DNA of 64,000 nt from Phycisphaerales bacterium (GTDB lineage: Bacteria; Planctomycetota; Phycisphaerae; Phycisphaerales; SM1A02). Both the position numbers and the translations under genes were made by a program. Below, in pieces: positions 25,828 through 35,309 of this stretch. The first letter of the stretch is position 1. Every line of letters begins with the position of its first letter. The stretch lies in assembly GCA_049318425.1 (NCBI GenBank), contig JBMOGJ010000005.1, positions 6,326 through 70,325 of the forward strand. The letters run 5' to 3'. The notes below the pieces were generated by a model. The model was not told the DNA's origin. It saw only the letters and a program-made list of their open reading frames with translations, and did no database searches.

Positions 25828-28800
25828 TCACTCGAGCCCAGGCGCGAAGCCGCGGCGCATCGTGTTCTCGCACACCGCGCGCGGCTCGACGAACTGCAGC
25901 AGGTAGTCGCGTCCACCCGCCTTGGAGCCGATGCCCGACATGCCGAAGCCGCCGAACGGCTGGCGACCCACGAGCGCGCCGGTGATGCCGCGGTTGAGGT
26001 AGAGGTTGCCGACGCGGAACTCGCGCCGCGCGCGCACCAGGTTCGCCGGCTTGCGGCTGAAGACGCCGCCGGTGAGCTTGTACTCGGGTGCGTTCGCCAT
26101 CGCGAGCGCCTCGTCGAAGTCCTTCGCCGGCATGACCGCGAGGACCGGTCCGAAGATCTCCTCGCGCGCGATGCGCGCGCCCGGCTTGATGCCGCTGAAG
26201 ATCGACGGCCCGACGTAGGGCTTGCCGACCTTCGCCTCGAGTCCCGCCGGGATCTCGAGCGTGAGCTCGTGCTTGCCCTCGGTCTTGCCGATCTCGATGT
26301 ACGAGCGGATCTTCCGCGCGGCCTCCTCGTCGATGACGGGGCCGATGTCGGTCGAGGGGTTCGTCGGGTCGCCGACCACCAGCGCGCGGGTCGCGCCCAC
26401 GAGGCGGTGCAGGAACGGCTCGTAGGCGCTGCCGACGACGATCACGCGGCTGCAGGCCGAGCACTTCTGGCCGCAGAAGCCGAACGCGCTCTGGCGCACG
26501 GCGAGCACGGCCTCGTCGAGGTCGGCCGAGGTGTCGACGATGATCGCGTTCTTGCCGCCCATCTCGCAGACGACCTTCTTCACGAACTCCTGGCCCGGGG
26601 CGACGATGCCCGAGGCCTGCACGATGTCGAGGCCGACCGCCTTCGAGCCGGTGAACGCGATGAGCGCGACGCGCGGATCGCGGACGAGCGTGGCGCCGAC
26701 CGTCTCGCCGGGGCCCGCGAGGAAGTGGAGCACATCCCTGGGCGCACCCGACTTCCACAGGATCTCGCACATGACCTTGGCGATGCCGGGCGTCTGCTCG
26801 GCGGGCTTGACCACGACGGTGTTGCCGGTCACGAGCGCCGCGACCGTCATGCCGCAGCAGATCGCGAGCGGGAAGTTCCACGGCGCGATCACCGCGGCGA
26901 CGCCGCGCGGCTGGTACCACTGCTCGTCGAGCTCGCCGACGAACTGCCCGAGCCGCTCGGCCGCGAACAGCCGCGCGCCCTCGCGGGCGTAGTACTCGCA
27001 GAAGTCGATCGCCTCGCAGACATCCGCGTCGGCCTCGCGCCAGACCTTGCCCGACTCGCGCACGATGATGCCCGAGAGCTCGTCGCGGCGCGCGCGCATC
27101 TCGTTCGCCGCGGCGACCAGCACCGCGGCGCGCGTCGCGTACTCGGTGTCGCGCCACGCGTCGAACGCCTTGTGGGCGGCGGCCACGGCGCGGGTGGCGT
27201 CGTCGGCCGTCCCCGCGTTCGCGACCTGCGGCACGGCGGCGCGCGCGACCGCGGCGCCGAAGGCCTCGCGCTGCGGCTTCACCGCGAAGTTGCGCATCGG
27301 CTCGGTGTAGAACGCGCGGCCGTCGGAGATGCCCGCGGGCGCCGCGCTCAGCGCGTGGCGCTCGGGCGCCTTCGCGATGCGGTCGACGCCGAGGTCGTTG
27401 TCGAACGCGCGGTGCGGGCTCGCGAGCAGGCGCTCGGTCGACGCGTTGTCCTTGAAGCCGGCCTTGAGCCACGACTCGTTGGAGCTGTTCTCGAGCAGGC
27501 GGCGCACGAGGTACGCCATGCCGGGGATGAGCTCGCCGATCGGGACATACTCGCGCAGGCGCAGGTCGAGCTCGACCGCGGCGGCCTTGAGCTGGTCGCC
27601 CATGCCGTAGAGCATCTGGAGCTCGAGCGCCGACTTCGGGAGCCCGCGCTTCTCGAGCGCCGCGAGCGTCGCGGAGATCGAGCGCGCGTTGTGGCTGCCG
27701 AGCGCGAGCTTCACGCCGCCCTCGCCCTTCGACGCGGGGGTCGACGCGACGAACGCCGCGGCCATGCGCTCGAAGCTCGCGTCGGTGTCGACCTTGCGGC
27801 TCCACACCGGCACCGGCCAGCCCTGCTGCTCGGCGTTGATGGTCTCGTAGTCCCAGTACGCGCCCTTCACGAGGCGCACCGTGACCTGGCGGCCCGACTT
27901 CTTCGCCCAGTCGATGATGCGGCGCGCATCGTCGTCACCCGAGCGCAGGTACGCCTGCATGGCGAGGCCCGCCTCGAAGTCGTACTTCTCGCAGGCGCGC
28001 ATGAAGAGCTCGAGGGTGAGGTCCTTGAGCGCGAACTGCTCCATGTCGAAGTTGACGAGCACGCCCTTCTTCTTCGCGGCGACGAGGATCGGCCCGATGT
28101 TCTCGAGGAGTCCCTTGATCGAGCCCTCGGTGTCGATCGGGTCGACGCGCGCCGAGAGCGAGCTGATCTTGATCGACACGTTCGTGCGCGGGATCGCGCC
28201 GAGGTGGTCGGTCTCGAGCCGCGGGTTCGCACCCCACGAGGCGACGGTCTGCGGGAGGTTCTCGATCAGGTCGAGGTACTTGCGGCGGTATGCCTCCGCC
28301 TCCTCGTCGCTCACGCAGGCCTCGCCGAGCAGGTCGACCGAGAAGCAGAGCCCCGAATCCCAGATCCTCCGCAGGGTCGGCAGCGCGCTCGCGGCGTCGG
28401 TGCCCGCGATGAACTTCGAGGCCATCGAGGTGATCTGCCCCGACATGGTCTTGGTGACGACGCCCTTCGCGAGCACGCCCGCCTTGAGCGCGGTGGCGAC
28501 GAACGGCGGGGGCGTGACGCCCGGCTGCGCAAGGTAGTCGGTCAGGTGGTCGTAGACCGCGTCGTTGTCCTTGAGCGTCGGGAAGCAGTCGACGAAGCGG
28601 AAGATCTGGACCTTGAAGGCCTCGTCCTGCATCGCCCAGTCCATGAGCCCTTCGCTCCACACCGCGAGCATGCTCGTCTTCGCGTTGCGCGCGCGGGTGA
28701 GGAAGTCGGCGCCGATCGCCTGCGTGCGCGCCTCGATCGCGGGGTCGCGCTCGACGATGCGCCCGGCGGGTGCCGCGGGCGCAGGGGTGGCGGGGGCGGG

Positions 28801-28833
28801 GGCAGGCTTCTTCGACTTGAAAAACAGGGCCAT
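25828..28833 (-). CDS. putA: Bifunctional proline dehydrogenase / L-glutamate gamma-semialdehyde dehydrogenase (PutA, no DNA-binding domain)
   Basis: PRODH barrel motifs (VSIKISSL, AMQAYLRSG, VRLVKGAYWDYE) are followed by ALDH motifs (CEMGGKNA, FCGQKCSACSR). Confidence 0.93.
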   Translation of the reverse strand: MALFFKSKKPAPAPATPAPAAPAGRIVERDPAIEARTQAIGADFLTRARNAKTSMLAVWSEGLMDWAMQDEAFKVQIFRFVDCFPTLKDNDAVYDHLTDYLAQPGVTPPPFVATALKAGVLAKGVVTKTMSGQITSMASKFIAGTDAASALPTLRRIWDSGLCFSVDLLGEACVSDEEAEAYRRKYLDLIENLPQTVASWGANPRLETDHLGAIPRTNVSIKISSLSARVDPIDTEGSIKGLLENIGPILVAAKKKGVLVNFDMEQFALKDLTLELFMRACEKYDFEAGLAMQAYLRSGDDDARRIIDWAKKSGRQVTVRLVKGAYWDYETINAEQQGWPVPVWSRKVDTDASFERMAAAFVASTPASKGEGGVKLALGSHNARSISATLAALEKRGLPKSALELQMLYGMGDQLKAAAVELDLRLREYVPIGELIPGMAYLVRRLLENSSNESWLKAGFKDNASTERLLASPHRAFDNDLGVDRIAKAPERHALSAAPAGISDGRAFYTEPMRNFAVKPQREAFGAAVARAAVPQVANAGTADDATRAVAAAHKAFDAWRDTEYATRAAVLVAAANEMRARRDELSGIIVRESGKVWREADADVCEAIDFCEYYAREGARLFAAERLGQFVGELDEQWYQPRGVAAVIAPWNFPLAICCGMTVAALVTGNTVVVKPAEQTPGIAKVMCEILWKSGAPRDVLHFLAGPGETVGATLVRDPRVALIAFTGSKAVGLDIVQASGIVAPGQEFVKKVVCEMGGKNAIIVDTSADLDEAVLAVRQSAFGFCGQKCSACSRVIVVGSAYEPFLHRLVGATRALVVGDPTNPSTDIGPVIDEEAARKIRSYIEIGKTEGKHELTLEIPAGLEAKVGKPYVGPSIFSGIKPGARIAREEIFGPVLAVMPAKDFDEALAMANAPEYKLTGGVFSRKPANLVRARREFRVGNLYLNRGITGALVGRQPFGGFGMSGIGSKAGGRDYLLQFVEPRAVCENTMRRGFAPGLE

Positions 28834-28924
28834 AGAGCCCCGCAGTATAGATTCCGCCGTGCGTCGGGCGGGCGCATGAAACGCGGTGAAAAGCGGCGGT
28901 GGCGCGGGCGCCCGCCGGGCGCGC

Positions 28925-30496
28925 TCAGAAGGCCGGCCGCGCGCCGGCGGCGGCGATCGCGCGCTCGTACACGCGGGCGGTGCGCGTCGCGGCGCCGTCC
29001 CAGTTGATGCCGCGGATCTCGAACGCGCCGTGCTCGACGAGCTGGCGCGAGAGCGGGGGGTAGCGGAGGACGGCGATGATCTTGTCCGCCATGTCCTCGA
29101 TGTCCCAGAAATCGACCTTGAGCGCGTGCATCAGCACCTCGCTCACGCCCGAGCTCTTCGAGATCAGCACGGGGACGTTGTGGCTCATCGCCTCGAGCGG
29201 CGCGATGCCGAAGGGCTCGCTCACGCTCGGCATCACGTAGAGGTCCGCCATCGCGAACACGCGCGAGATGTCGCGCCCGCGCAGGAAGCCCGTGAACAGC
29301 ACCTTGTGGCCGATGCCCATCGACGCGGCCATCTCGATCATGCGCGCGGCCTGGTCTCCCGAGCCCGCGACGACGAACTTCACGTCGTCCATGTGCTCGA
29401 GCACCTTCTTCGCGGCCTGGATGAAGTACTCCGGGCCCTTCTGCATCGTGATGCGGCCGAAGTAGAGGACGATCTTGTCCTTCGAGTGGATCGGCTGCAC
29501 GCCTGCGTCCGCGGGATCGAGGTCGACGCCGTTGTAGACGACGTCGATCTTCGACGCGTTCACGCCGTAGCGGTTCACGCAGACGTTCTTGGTGAGCATG
29601 CTCACCGCGATCGCGCGGGTGGCGCCGTGCATGCCGCGCCGCTCGATGTTGTAGACCTGCTGGTTCGGATGCTCGCCCGAGCGGTCGAACTCGGTCGAGT
29701 GGACGTGCACGACGAGCGGCTTGCCCGAGAGCTTCGCGATCGCGAGGCCCGCCGGGTAGGTCAGCCAGTCGTGCGCGTGGATGACGTCGAACTCCATCCC
29801 CTTGGTCGCGTCGACCGCGAAGCGCGCGTAGCGCTCGGCCATGCCGAGGAGGTCGCCGGAGTAGTCCGCGGCGTCGGCGCCGCGCGCGCCCACCGACTCC
29901 TTCGCGCGTCCGGCGGTCTCGGGAAGGGCGGTCTCGATGGCGCGCTCGACCGGGTCGCGCACGAGCTCGGGGAAGGCGCCCGCCTTGGCGAGGGTGCGGA
30001 TGCGCTCGATGCTCCAGCCGGCCTCGCGCATCATGCGCACGCTCTCGGCGATGCGCGACGGCGCGTTGGGTGCGGCCGAGTCGTAGACGCCCGCGTACTC
30101 GCCGGGGATCTCGACGAACTTCGTGGTGCTGAACTCGGAGACGATGCGGCTCCACTGCTCGCGCTCGACCGAGGTCATCGGCGACTCGGTGGGCGCAGGC
30201 TCGGGCCGCCACTCGGGCGCGGACTTCGATGGTTCATTGACCTGGCGGACGCTCGGCGTCGTGCCCGCGCCCGTGACCGGCGGCGGCAGGCGGCCGCCCG
30301 AGCGCTCGAGGATCGCGCCGGGGCTCACCAGGCGCACATGCGACGCGCTGTCGGCGGGGACCGTCTTCGGCAGCACGAAGGTGACATCGACATGCTGGCG
30401 GTCGAGCGCACGGGTCAGCCCGTAGCACGCCGTGCCAAGACCACCCGTGATGAACGGGGGGAATTCCCAGCCGAGCATGAGGACCCGAAGCGCCAT
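28925..30496 (-). CDS. Glycogen/starch-synthase-like glycosyltransferase (GT-B fold) with a large N-domain insertion
   Basis: MALRVLMLGWEFPPFITGGLGTACYGLTRAL, HAHDWLTYPAGL, and the C-terminal SVSEPFGIAPLEAM are typical of GT4/GT5 synthases. Confidence 0.8.
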   Translation of the reverse strand: MALRVLMLGWEFPPFITGGLGTACYGLTRALDRQHVDVTFVLPKTVPADSASHVRLVSPGAILERSGGRLPPPVTGAGTTPSVRQVNEPSKSAPEWRPEPAPTESPMTSVEREQWSRIVSEFSTTKFVEIPGEYAGVYDSAAPNAPSRIAESVRMMREAGWSIERIRTLAKAGAFPELVRDPVERAIETALPETAGRAKESVGARGADAADYSGDLLGMAERYARFAVDATKGMEFDVIHAHDWLTYPAGLAIAKLSGKPLVVHVHSTEFDRSGEHPNQQVYNIERRGMHGATRAIAVSMLTKNVCVNRYGVNASKIDVVYNGVDLDPADAGVQPIHSKDKIVLYFGRITMQKGPEYFIQAAKKVLEHMDDVKFVVAGSGDQAARMIEMAASMGIGHKVLFTGFLRGRDISRVFAMADLYVMPSVSEPFGIAPLEAMSHNVPVLISKSSGVSEVLMHALKVDFWDIEDMADKIIAVLRYPPLSRQLVEHGAFEIRGINWDGAATRTARVYERAIAAAGARPAF

Positions 30497-30562
30497 CCCT
30501 TGAACCGTCCCTTTCGTTCGACCGGTGCGTCCGGTCGATCCGTCCCGAGGCCGTGGTCGGCC

Positions 30563-31045
30563 TCACTCCTCGTCGCCACCCCCGACATCGCCGAGCGCGC
30601 GGAACGCCGCCTCGTAGGCGAAGAGGAACTTCGCGACGAGCGCGGCGTCGCCGGTGACGCCCGCGGGAAGCGCGTTCTCGAACGTGTACAGCTTGGCATC
30701 GTCGCGGAAATGCCGGATGGTCGGGACCTTGCCCTTCCAGCCGAGCTCCGCGAGCTCCTCCTCGACGAGCTCCTCGAGCGGGTCGCCGAAGTGCATGAGG
30801 TCGCTCTCGATCGACTCGCTCAGCCAGCGGTCGGGGGTCGCGAAGCGCACGACGAGGCTCGAGTCGGTCGCGCCCTCGAGCTCGTACCACGCCGGTTCCG
30901 GGCAGTCCTTCGCGTGGCAGCGCAGCCGGTCGGGCATGACCTCGATGCTGCTGAACACCCCACGGGCGCGTGCTTCATTCAGGACGGACTGGAGGATCGG
31001 GTTCACGGCGGAGGATCTCGGGACGCTGCGGTCGGGGACGAGCAT
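30563..31045 (-). CDS. Hypothetical acidic protein (160 aa)
   Basis: ORF 30563..31159 trimmed to MLVPDRS. High GC3 and plausible globular composition. No family recognised. The start is uncertain. Confidence 0.5.
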   Translation of the reverse strand: MLVPDRSVPRSSAVNPILQSVLNEARARGVFSSIEVMPDRLRCHAKDCPEPAWYELEGATDSSLVVRFATPDRWLSESIESDLMHFGDPLEELVEEELAELGWKGKVPTIRHFRDDAKLYTFENALPAGVTGDAALVAKFLFAYEAAFRALGDVGGGDEE

Positions 31046-31274
31046 GCCGCGGCGAGCCGCGGGCGGTCGGGAAGGGCGGACATCGTAGCGGCGACGCGCA
31101 GGATGGGCGACAAGCCCGACGCGCGGCGCGGGTTTCGCGGCAATCACCCTCAGGTGCATGCGCCATCGCGCGTCGTCGGCCGCGGAAGGCTCCCTGTGCG
31201 CGGGAACGCGTGCTCATGCATTTTCTGCGGCTCCGAGAACCGTACGATGCGCGCTCGAAACACACGGAGGCTTC

Positions 31275-32384
31275 ATGGAAGGGCGCGACATCGAACAACG
31301 GTCACAGGCTCGGGCGACGGATGGATCGGCGGCCGGCACCGCCGCGGCGCGCCCGGAGGGACCGTGGACGGTGCGTCGCCTCATCGGGTGGATCGCAGGC
31401 TTCCTCGGCGAGCGCGGCATCGACGCGCCGCGGACGATCGCCGAGATCCTGCTCGGCGAGGTGCTGCAGGTCGAGCGCCTCAAGCTCTACATGGAGCCGG
31501 ACCGCGAGCTCGACGCCACCGAGCTCGCCACGCTGCGCGCACTCGTCGCGCGGGCGGCGAAGCACGAGCCGGTGCAGTTCCTCGTCGGGCGCTGGCCGTT
31601 CTTCGGGCGCGACTTCACGGTGGCGCCGTGCACGCTGATTCCTCGGCCCTGCACCGAGACGCTCGTCGAGCGCGCGCTCGAGTGGTACCGCGCGCGCGGC
31701 GGCGGATCGGTGCGCGCGATCGACCTCTGCACCGGCACCGGCTGCATCGCGGTGTCGATCGCGCTCGGCCTGCGCGCGATCGCGCGGCCGTCGGGCGCGG
31801 GATGCAGGCCGATCCGCGCGGTGGATCCCGCGGCCGAGCCGGTGGCGCGGAACGAGCGCGCCGAAGGTGCGGTGGACGCGCTGTCGGGAACGGCGTCGCC
31901 CGCGGCCGATGCGGGCGCCGGCGCGCGCGCGGCCAGCGAGATCTCGGTGATCGCGACCGACGTGGTCGCCGAGGCGGTCGAGCTTGCGCGCGGGAACGCG
32001 CGGCGACTCGGTGCCTCGATCGACCTGCGCGTCGGCGACCTCTGGTCGGCCGCGCGGGACGGGGAGCGCTTCGACCTCGTCGTGTCGAACCCGCCGTACG
32101 TGACCGACGCCGAGTACGCGGAGCTCGACCGCAACGTGCGCGACTACGAGCCGGCGAGCGCACTGCGCGGCGGACGCGACGGCCTCGACTTCGTGCGGCG
32201 CGTCGTCGACGGCGCCGCGCAACGGCTCGACGCGGGCGGACTCCTGCTCGTCGAGATCGGCTGGAAGCACGGCGATGCGGCGCGCGCGCTGGTCGCAGGT
32301 CCCCGCTGGAGCGACGTCGAGATCATCAAGGACGGCGAGGGCATCGACCGCGTGCTGAGCGCGCGTCGCACGCCGCACGGATGA
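31275..32384 (+). CDS. prmC: Release factor glutamine N5-methyltransferase PrmC/HemK with an insertion of about 55 aa
   Basis: EPVQFLVGRWPFFGRDF, DLCTGTGCIAVSIA (motif I) and VVSNPPYV (NPPY). GGAGG lies 4 nt upstream of the ATG at 31275. Confidence 0.85.
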   Translation: MEGRDIEQRSQARATDGSAAGTAAARPEGPWTVRRLIGWIAGFLGERGIDAPRTIAEILLGEVLQVERLKLYMEPDRELDATELATLRALVARAAKHEPVQFLVGRWPFFGRDFTVAPCTLIPRPCTETLVERALEWYRARGGGSVRAIDLCTGTGCIAVSIALGLRAIARPSGAGCRPIRAVDPAAEPVARNERAEGAVDALSGTASPAADAGAGARAASEISVIATDVVAEAVELARGNARRLGASIDLRVGDLWSAARDGERFDLVVSNPPYVTDAEYAELDRNVRDYEPASALRGGRDGLDFVRRVVDGAAQRLDAGGLLLVEIGWKHGDAARALVAGPRWSDVEIIKDGEGIDRVLSARRTPHG

Positions 32385-32393
32385 CGCGCGCGC

Positions 32394-34043
32394 TCAGTCC
32401 CGCCGCGCGATGTGCTCGGTGAGCGCCTTGCGCGCCTCCTCGAGCAGCTGCGACACCTGGAACGGCTTGAACAGGAAGCAGTGCAGGCCTTCCTGGCTCG
32501 AGCGGACGATCGAGTGGTTCGGGTCGTAGCCGAACGCGGTCATGAGCATCACGGGCGTCGCGGCGCTCGTGTCCTTCACCGCCTTGAACACCTCGTAGCC
32601 GTTGGCGTCGGGCATGCGGACATCCGACACCACGAGGTCGAAGGGCCGTCCCGCGGCGGCGCGCTCGCGGATCGCGCGGATCGCCGAGGTGCCCTCCGCG
32701 AACTCCGTCACCACGCAGCCCTGCTGCTCGAGCACGGCGCGCACGGTGCCGCGGATCGACTCCTCGTCGTCGGCGACGAGCACCTCGCGCCCCTCGAACA
32801 CCGGGTCGCGCATGCCCTCGCGCAGGAAGTCCTCGGCGCCGAGGACGCCGCGCGGCCCCTTGGCGGCGGCGCGCATCATCTCGTCGACCTTGGCGGCGTT
32901 GTCGATCAGGCGCGCGGCGATCGCCTTGGTCTCGCCGTCGCGCGCCGGGTCGGCGTCGGTGCGGGCGAGCAGGGCGCGCGCGTCGTTCGCGATGTCGGCG
33001 AGCGGGGTCGCGGTCTCGCGCGCGAGCTGGCTCATGATGGTGCGGTTGGTCTCGCAGCGCTCCGCGACCAGCATGTCGAGCGTGTTCAGCGAGAGGGCGA
33101 CGTAGCGCCCGAGGAGCTCGGCGCAGAGGCGGTCCTCGTCGTCGAAGCGGTCGCACTCGGTGCTTTCGGCGTTGAGGACGCCGACCACGCGGTCGTGCAG
33201 GCGGAGGGGCACGGTGATCGAGCTGTGCGCGCCGGGAAGCCCGCGCACATAGCGCGGATCGCGCTCGGTCTCGCCGCAGACCACGCTGACGCCCGAGGTC
33301 GCGACCACGCCGCTGATGCCGTTGCCCTCGGCGCGGGCGAAGATGCGCTCGCCGATCCCGAGCGGGACGAGGCCGCTGCAGAACACGAGCTCGAGCTGGC
33401 CGGTCCGTCGGTCGGTGAGGCGGTACTCGAAGTGATCGAATCCCAGCACGCTGCGGGTCGCGGCGACCACGCGGCCCTCGAGCGCGCGCAGGCGCTCGGG
33501 TGCGTTCATCGTGCGCACGCTCTCGGCGTCGAACTGCAGCAGCTCGACGCCCGCCTGGTCGACCGCGTCGAGGCGGTCCTGGATGCGGCGCGTCGCGGTG
33601 GCGTCGACGAGCAGCGCGACGGCGCCCTCGACCGGACCGTCGCCGTTGCGGCGCTGCGGCGTCATGACCGTCTCGTACCACGAGGTGCCGACGCGGAAGC
33701 TCGCGCGCAGCGACGCGGCCGTGGCCTTCGAGCGCTGCCACGCCCGGATCGCGTCGACGCAGGCGTCGGAGAAGCGGCGCATGGTCTCGGGCGACTGGCG
33801 CGCGAGTCCCTGGTTCATCCACACGATCTCGCCGTTCGGATCGACGACGCCGACGCCTTGCCCGAGGAGCTCGAGCGCGCGGTCGGCGCGGTCGGCCGCG
33901 GTGGGGTCCGACGGAGCGCGCGCGCCGGCACCGTTCGCCGGGGTCGCGCGTGGGGTCGGCTGGTGCTCGGGATGTGGGTCGTCTGTCGGCATGGATCCGT
34001 CCGTGCGGGGCGGCAGTGTAGCCATCCCGCGAGGAGGTTCCAT
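32394..34043 (-). CDS. PAS-GAF-(degenerate DHp-like helix)-receiver protein with no recognisable output or kinase catalytic domain
   Basis: PAS-like LELLGQGVGVVDPNGEIVWMNQGL. GAF (GFDHFEYRL...VPLRLHDRVVGVLNAES). H-box-like IMSQLARETATPLADI with no His. C-terminal REC (VLVADDEESIR...DLVVSDVRMPDANG...FLFKPF). The start is 34043, 34025 or 33992. Confidence 0.8.
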   Translation of the reverse strand: MEPPRGMATLPPRTDGSMPTDDPHPEHQPTPRATPANGAGARAPSDPTAADRADRALELLGQGVGVVDPNGEIVWMNQGLARQSPETMRRFSDACVDAIRAWQRSKATAASLRASFRVGTSWYETVMTPQRRNGDGPVEGAVALLVDATATRRIQDRLDAVDQAGVELLQFDAESVRTMNAPERLRALEGRVVAATRSVLGFDHFEYRLTDRRTGQLELVFCSGLVPLGIGERIFARAEGNGISGVVATSGVSVVCGETERDPRYVRGLPGAHSSITVPLRLHDRVVGVLNAESTECDRFDDEDRLCAELLGRYVALSLNTLDMLVAERCETNRTIMSQLARETATPLADIANDARALLARTDADPARDGETKAIAARLIDNAAKVDEMMRAAAKGPRGVLGAEDFLREGMRDPVFEGREVLVADDEESIRGTVRAVLEQQGCVVTEFAEGTSAIRAIRERAAAGRPFDLVVSDVRMPDANGYEVFKAVKDTSAATPVMLMTAFGYDPNHSIVRSSQEGLHCFLFKPFQVSQLLEEARKALTEHIARRD

Positions 34044-34316
34044 GCTGAGGTCCCGTCGGTGTGGCGGGTCCGGGCGGGGGTGCGGCCGCGGATGCCCGGT
34101 CCCGCCGGTCGGGTCGGGGCAGGGGCGGCCGCCGCGAACGGGTTCGCGGGATCGAACCCGCCGAAGTGTCCGCGCCACCTCGCCTTCGGTACACTCCCGA
34201 GCCTCGGCCGTCGACGGCGGCCGCGAGGCGAAGGCGATGCGCCCCCCGAGGGGCGCGGACGAATCGAACATGAGGCGAACAGGGCTCCGACAACCCTCCT
34301 CCGCCGGAGGTGTGCT

Positions 34317-35309
34317 TTGAACGACCAATTGGCGCCGCGCGCCGATGTCGGCGTCGTCGCATGCAACCTGACTAAGCGCTTCGGGCACGCGGTCGCGGTG
34401 CGCGATGCGTCGTTCGCGCTCCCGTCGACCGGCGTGTGCGGCCTGCTCGGCCCGAACGGCGCTGGGAAGACCACCACCATCCGGATGATCGCAGGCGTGA
34501 CGGCGCCCGACTCGGGCGAGCTGCTCGTCGCGGGCGTGCCGGCCGCGCGCGACCCCGCCGCGGTGCGCGCGCGGGTCGGCTACCTGCCGGAATCGGCGCC
34601 GCTCTACCCCGAGCTCTCGGTGCGCGAGTACCTCGAGTACCGCGCCGGGCTCGCCTGCCTTCCGCGCGCGGGGCGACGCGCCGCCATCGACGCGGCGATG
34701 GAACGCTGCGACGTGGCGCGCTTCTCGTCGCGCCTGTGCGGCCTGCTCTCGAAGGGCATGCAGCAGCGCGTCGGCCTCGCGGCGACGATCCTCGGCGATC
34801 CGCGCGTGGTGATCCTCGACGAGCCGTCGGTCGGGCTCGATCCCGGGCAGACGCTCGCGTTCCGTAACCTCGTGCGCGAGCTCGGCGAGACGCGGCTGGT
34901 GCTCTTCTCGTCCCACCTGCTCGCCGAGGTCGAGAGCGTGTGCACCGAGCTCATGGTGATCGCCCACGGCCGCGTGGTCGCGCACGAGCCGATGGAGGAG
35001 TTTCGCGCGCGCGGCTCCGAGCGTGGCCTGTACTTCGCCGAGACCGAGCGATCCTTCGCGGCGGCAGCGCTCGCGGCGGGGCTCTGCGCCGAGGCGACCG
35101 AGGTGCGGATGCCCGACGGCTGGGTGCGCACGGCGTTCCGCGGCGTCGGGCAGGGCGACCCGCGCGAGCCGATCGGACGCATGCTTGCGGAGGTCCGCAT
35201 GCCCGTACGCGCGCTTGCCGCGGCAGAGCGGCCGCTCGAGGATGTCTTCGTCACGCTCGTGCGCGAGGCGAACGCCGCAGAGTCGGCGCCGCAGGGAGGT
35301 GCCGCGTGA
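34317..35309 (+). CDS. ABC transporter ATP-binding protein (GldA-like, ABC-2 type)
   Basis: Walker A GPNGAGKTT, signature LSKGMQQRV, Walker B VVILDEPSVGLD. TTG start at 34317 with GGAGG 6 nt upstream. Confidence 0.88.
   Translation: MNDQLAPRADVGVVACNLTKRFGHAVAVRDASFALPSTGVCGLLGPNGAGKTTTIRMIAGVTAPDSGELLVAGVPAARDPAAVRARVGYLPESAPLYPELSVREYLEYRAGLACLPRAGRRAAIDAAMERCDVARFSSRLCGLLSKGMQQRVGLAATILGDPRVVILDEPSVGLDPGQTLAFRNLVRELGETRLVLFSSHLLAEVESVCTELMVIAHGRVVAHEPMEEFRARGSERGLYFAETERSFAAAALAAGLCAEATEVRMPDGWVRTAFRGVGQGDPREPIGRMLAEVRMPVRALAAAERPLEDVFVTLVREANAAESAPQGGAA

Noticed and set aside
34139-34160. tRNA-like T-arm (gcggg-atcgaac-cccgc) in the spacer between the REC protein gene and the ABC operon.
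   Set aside because: No complementary acceptor stem, D-arm or anticodon arm can be built around it. The sequence is better explained as a simple 8-bp hairpin, cgggttcg-cgggat-cgaacccg.
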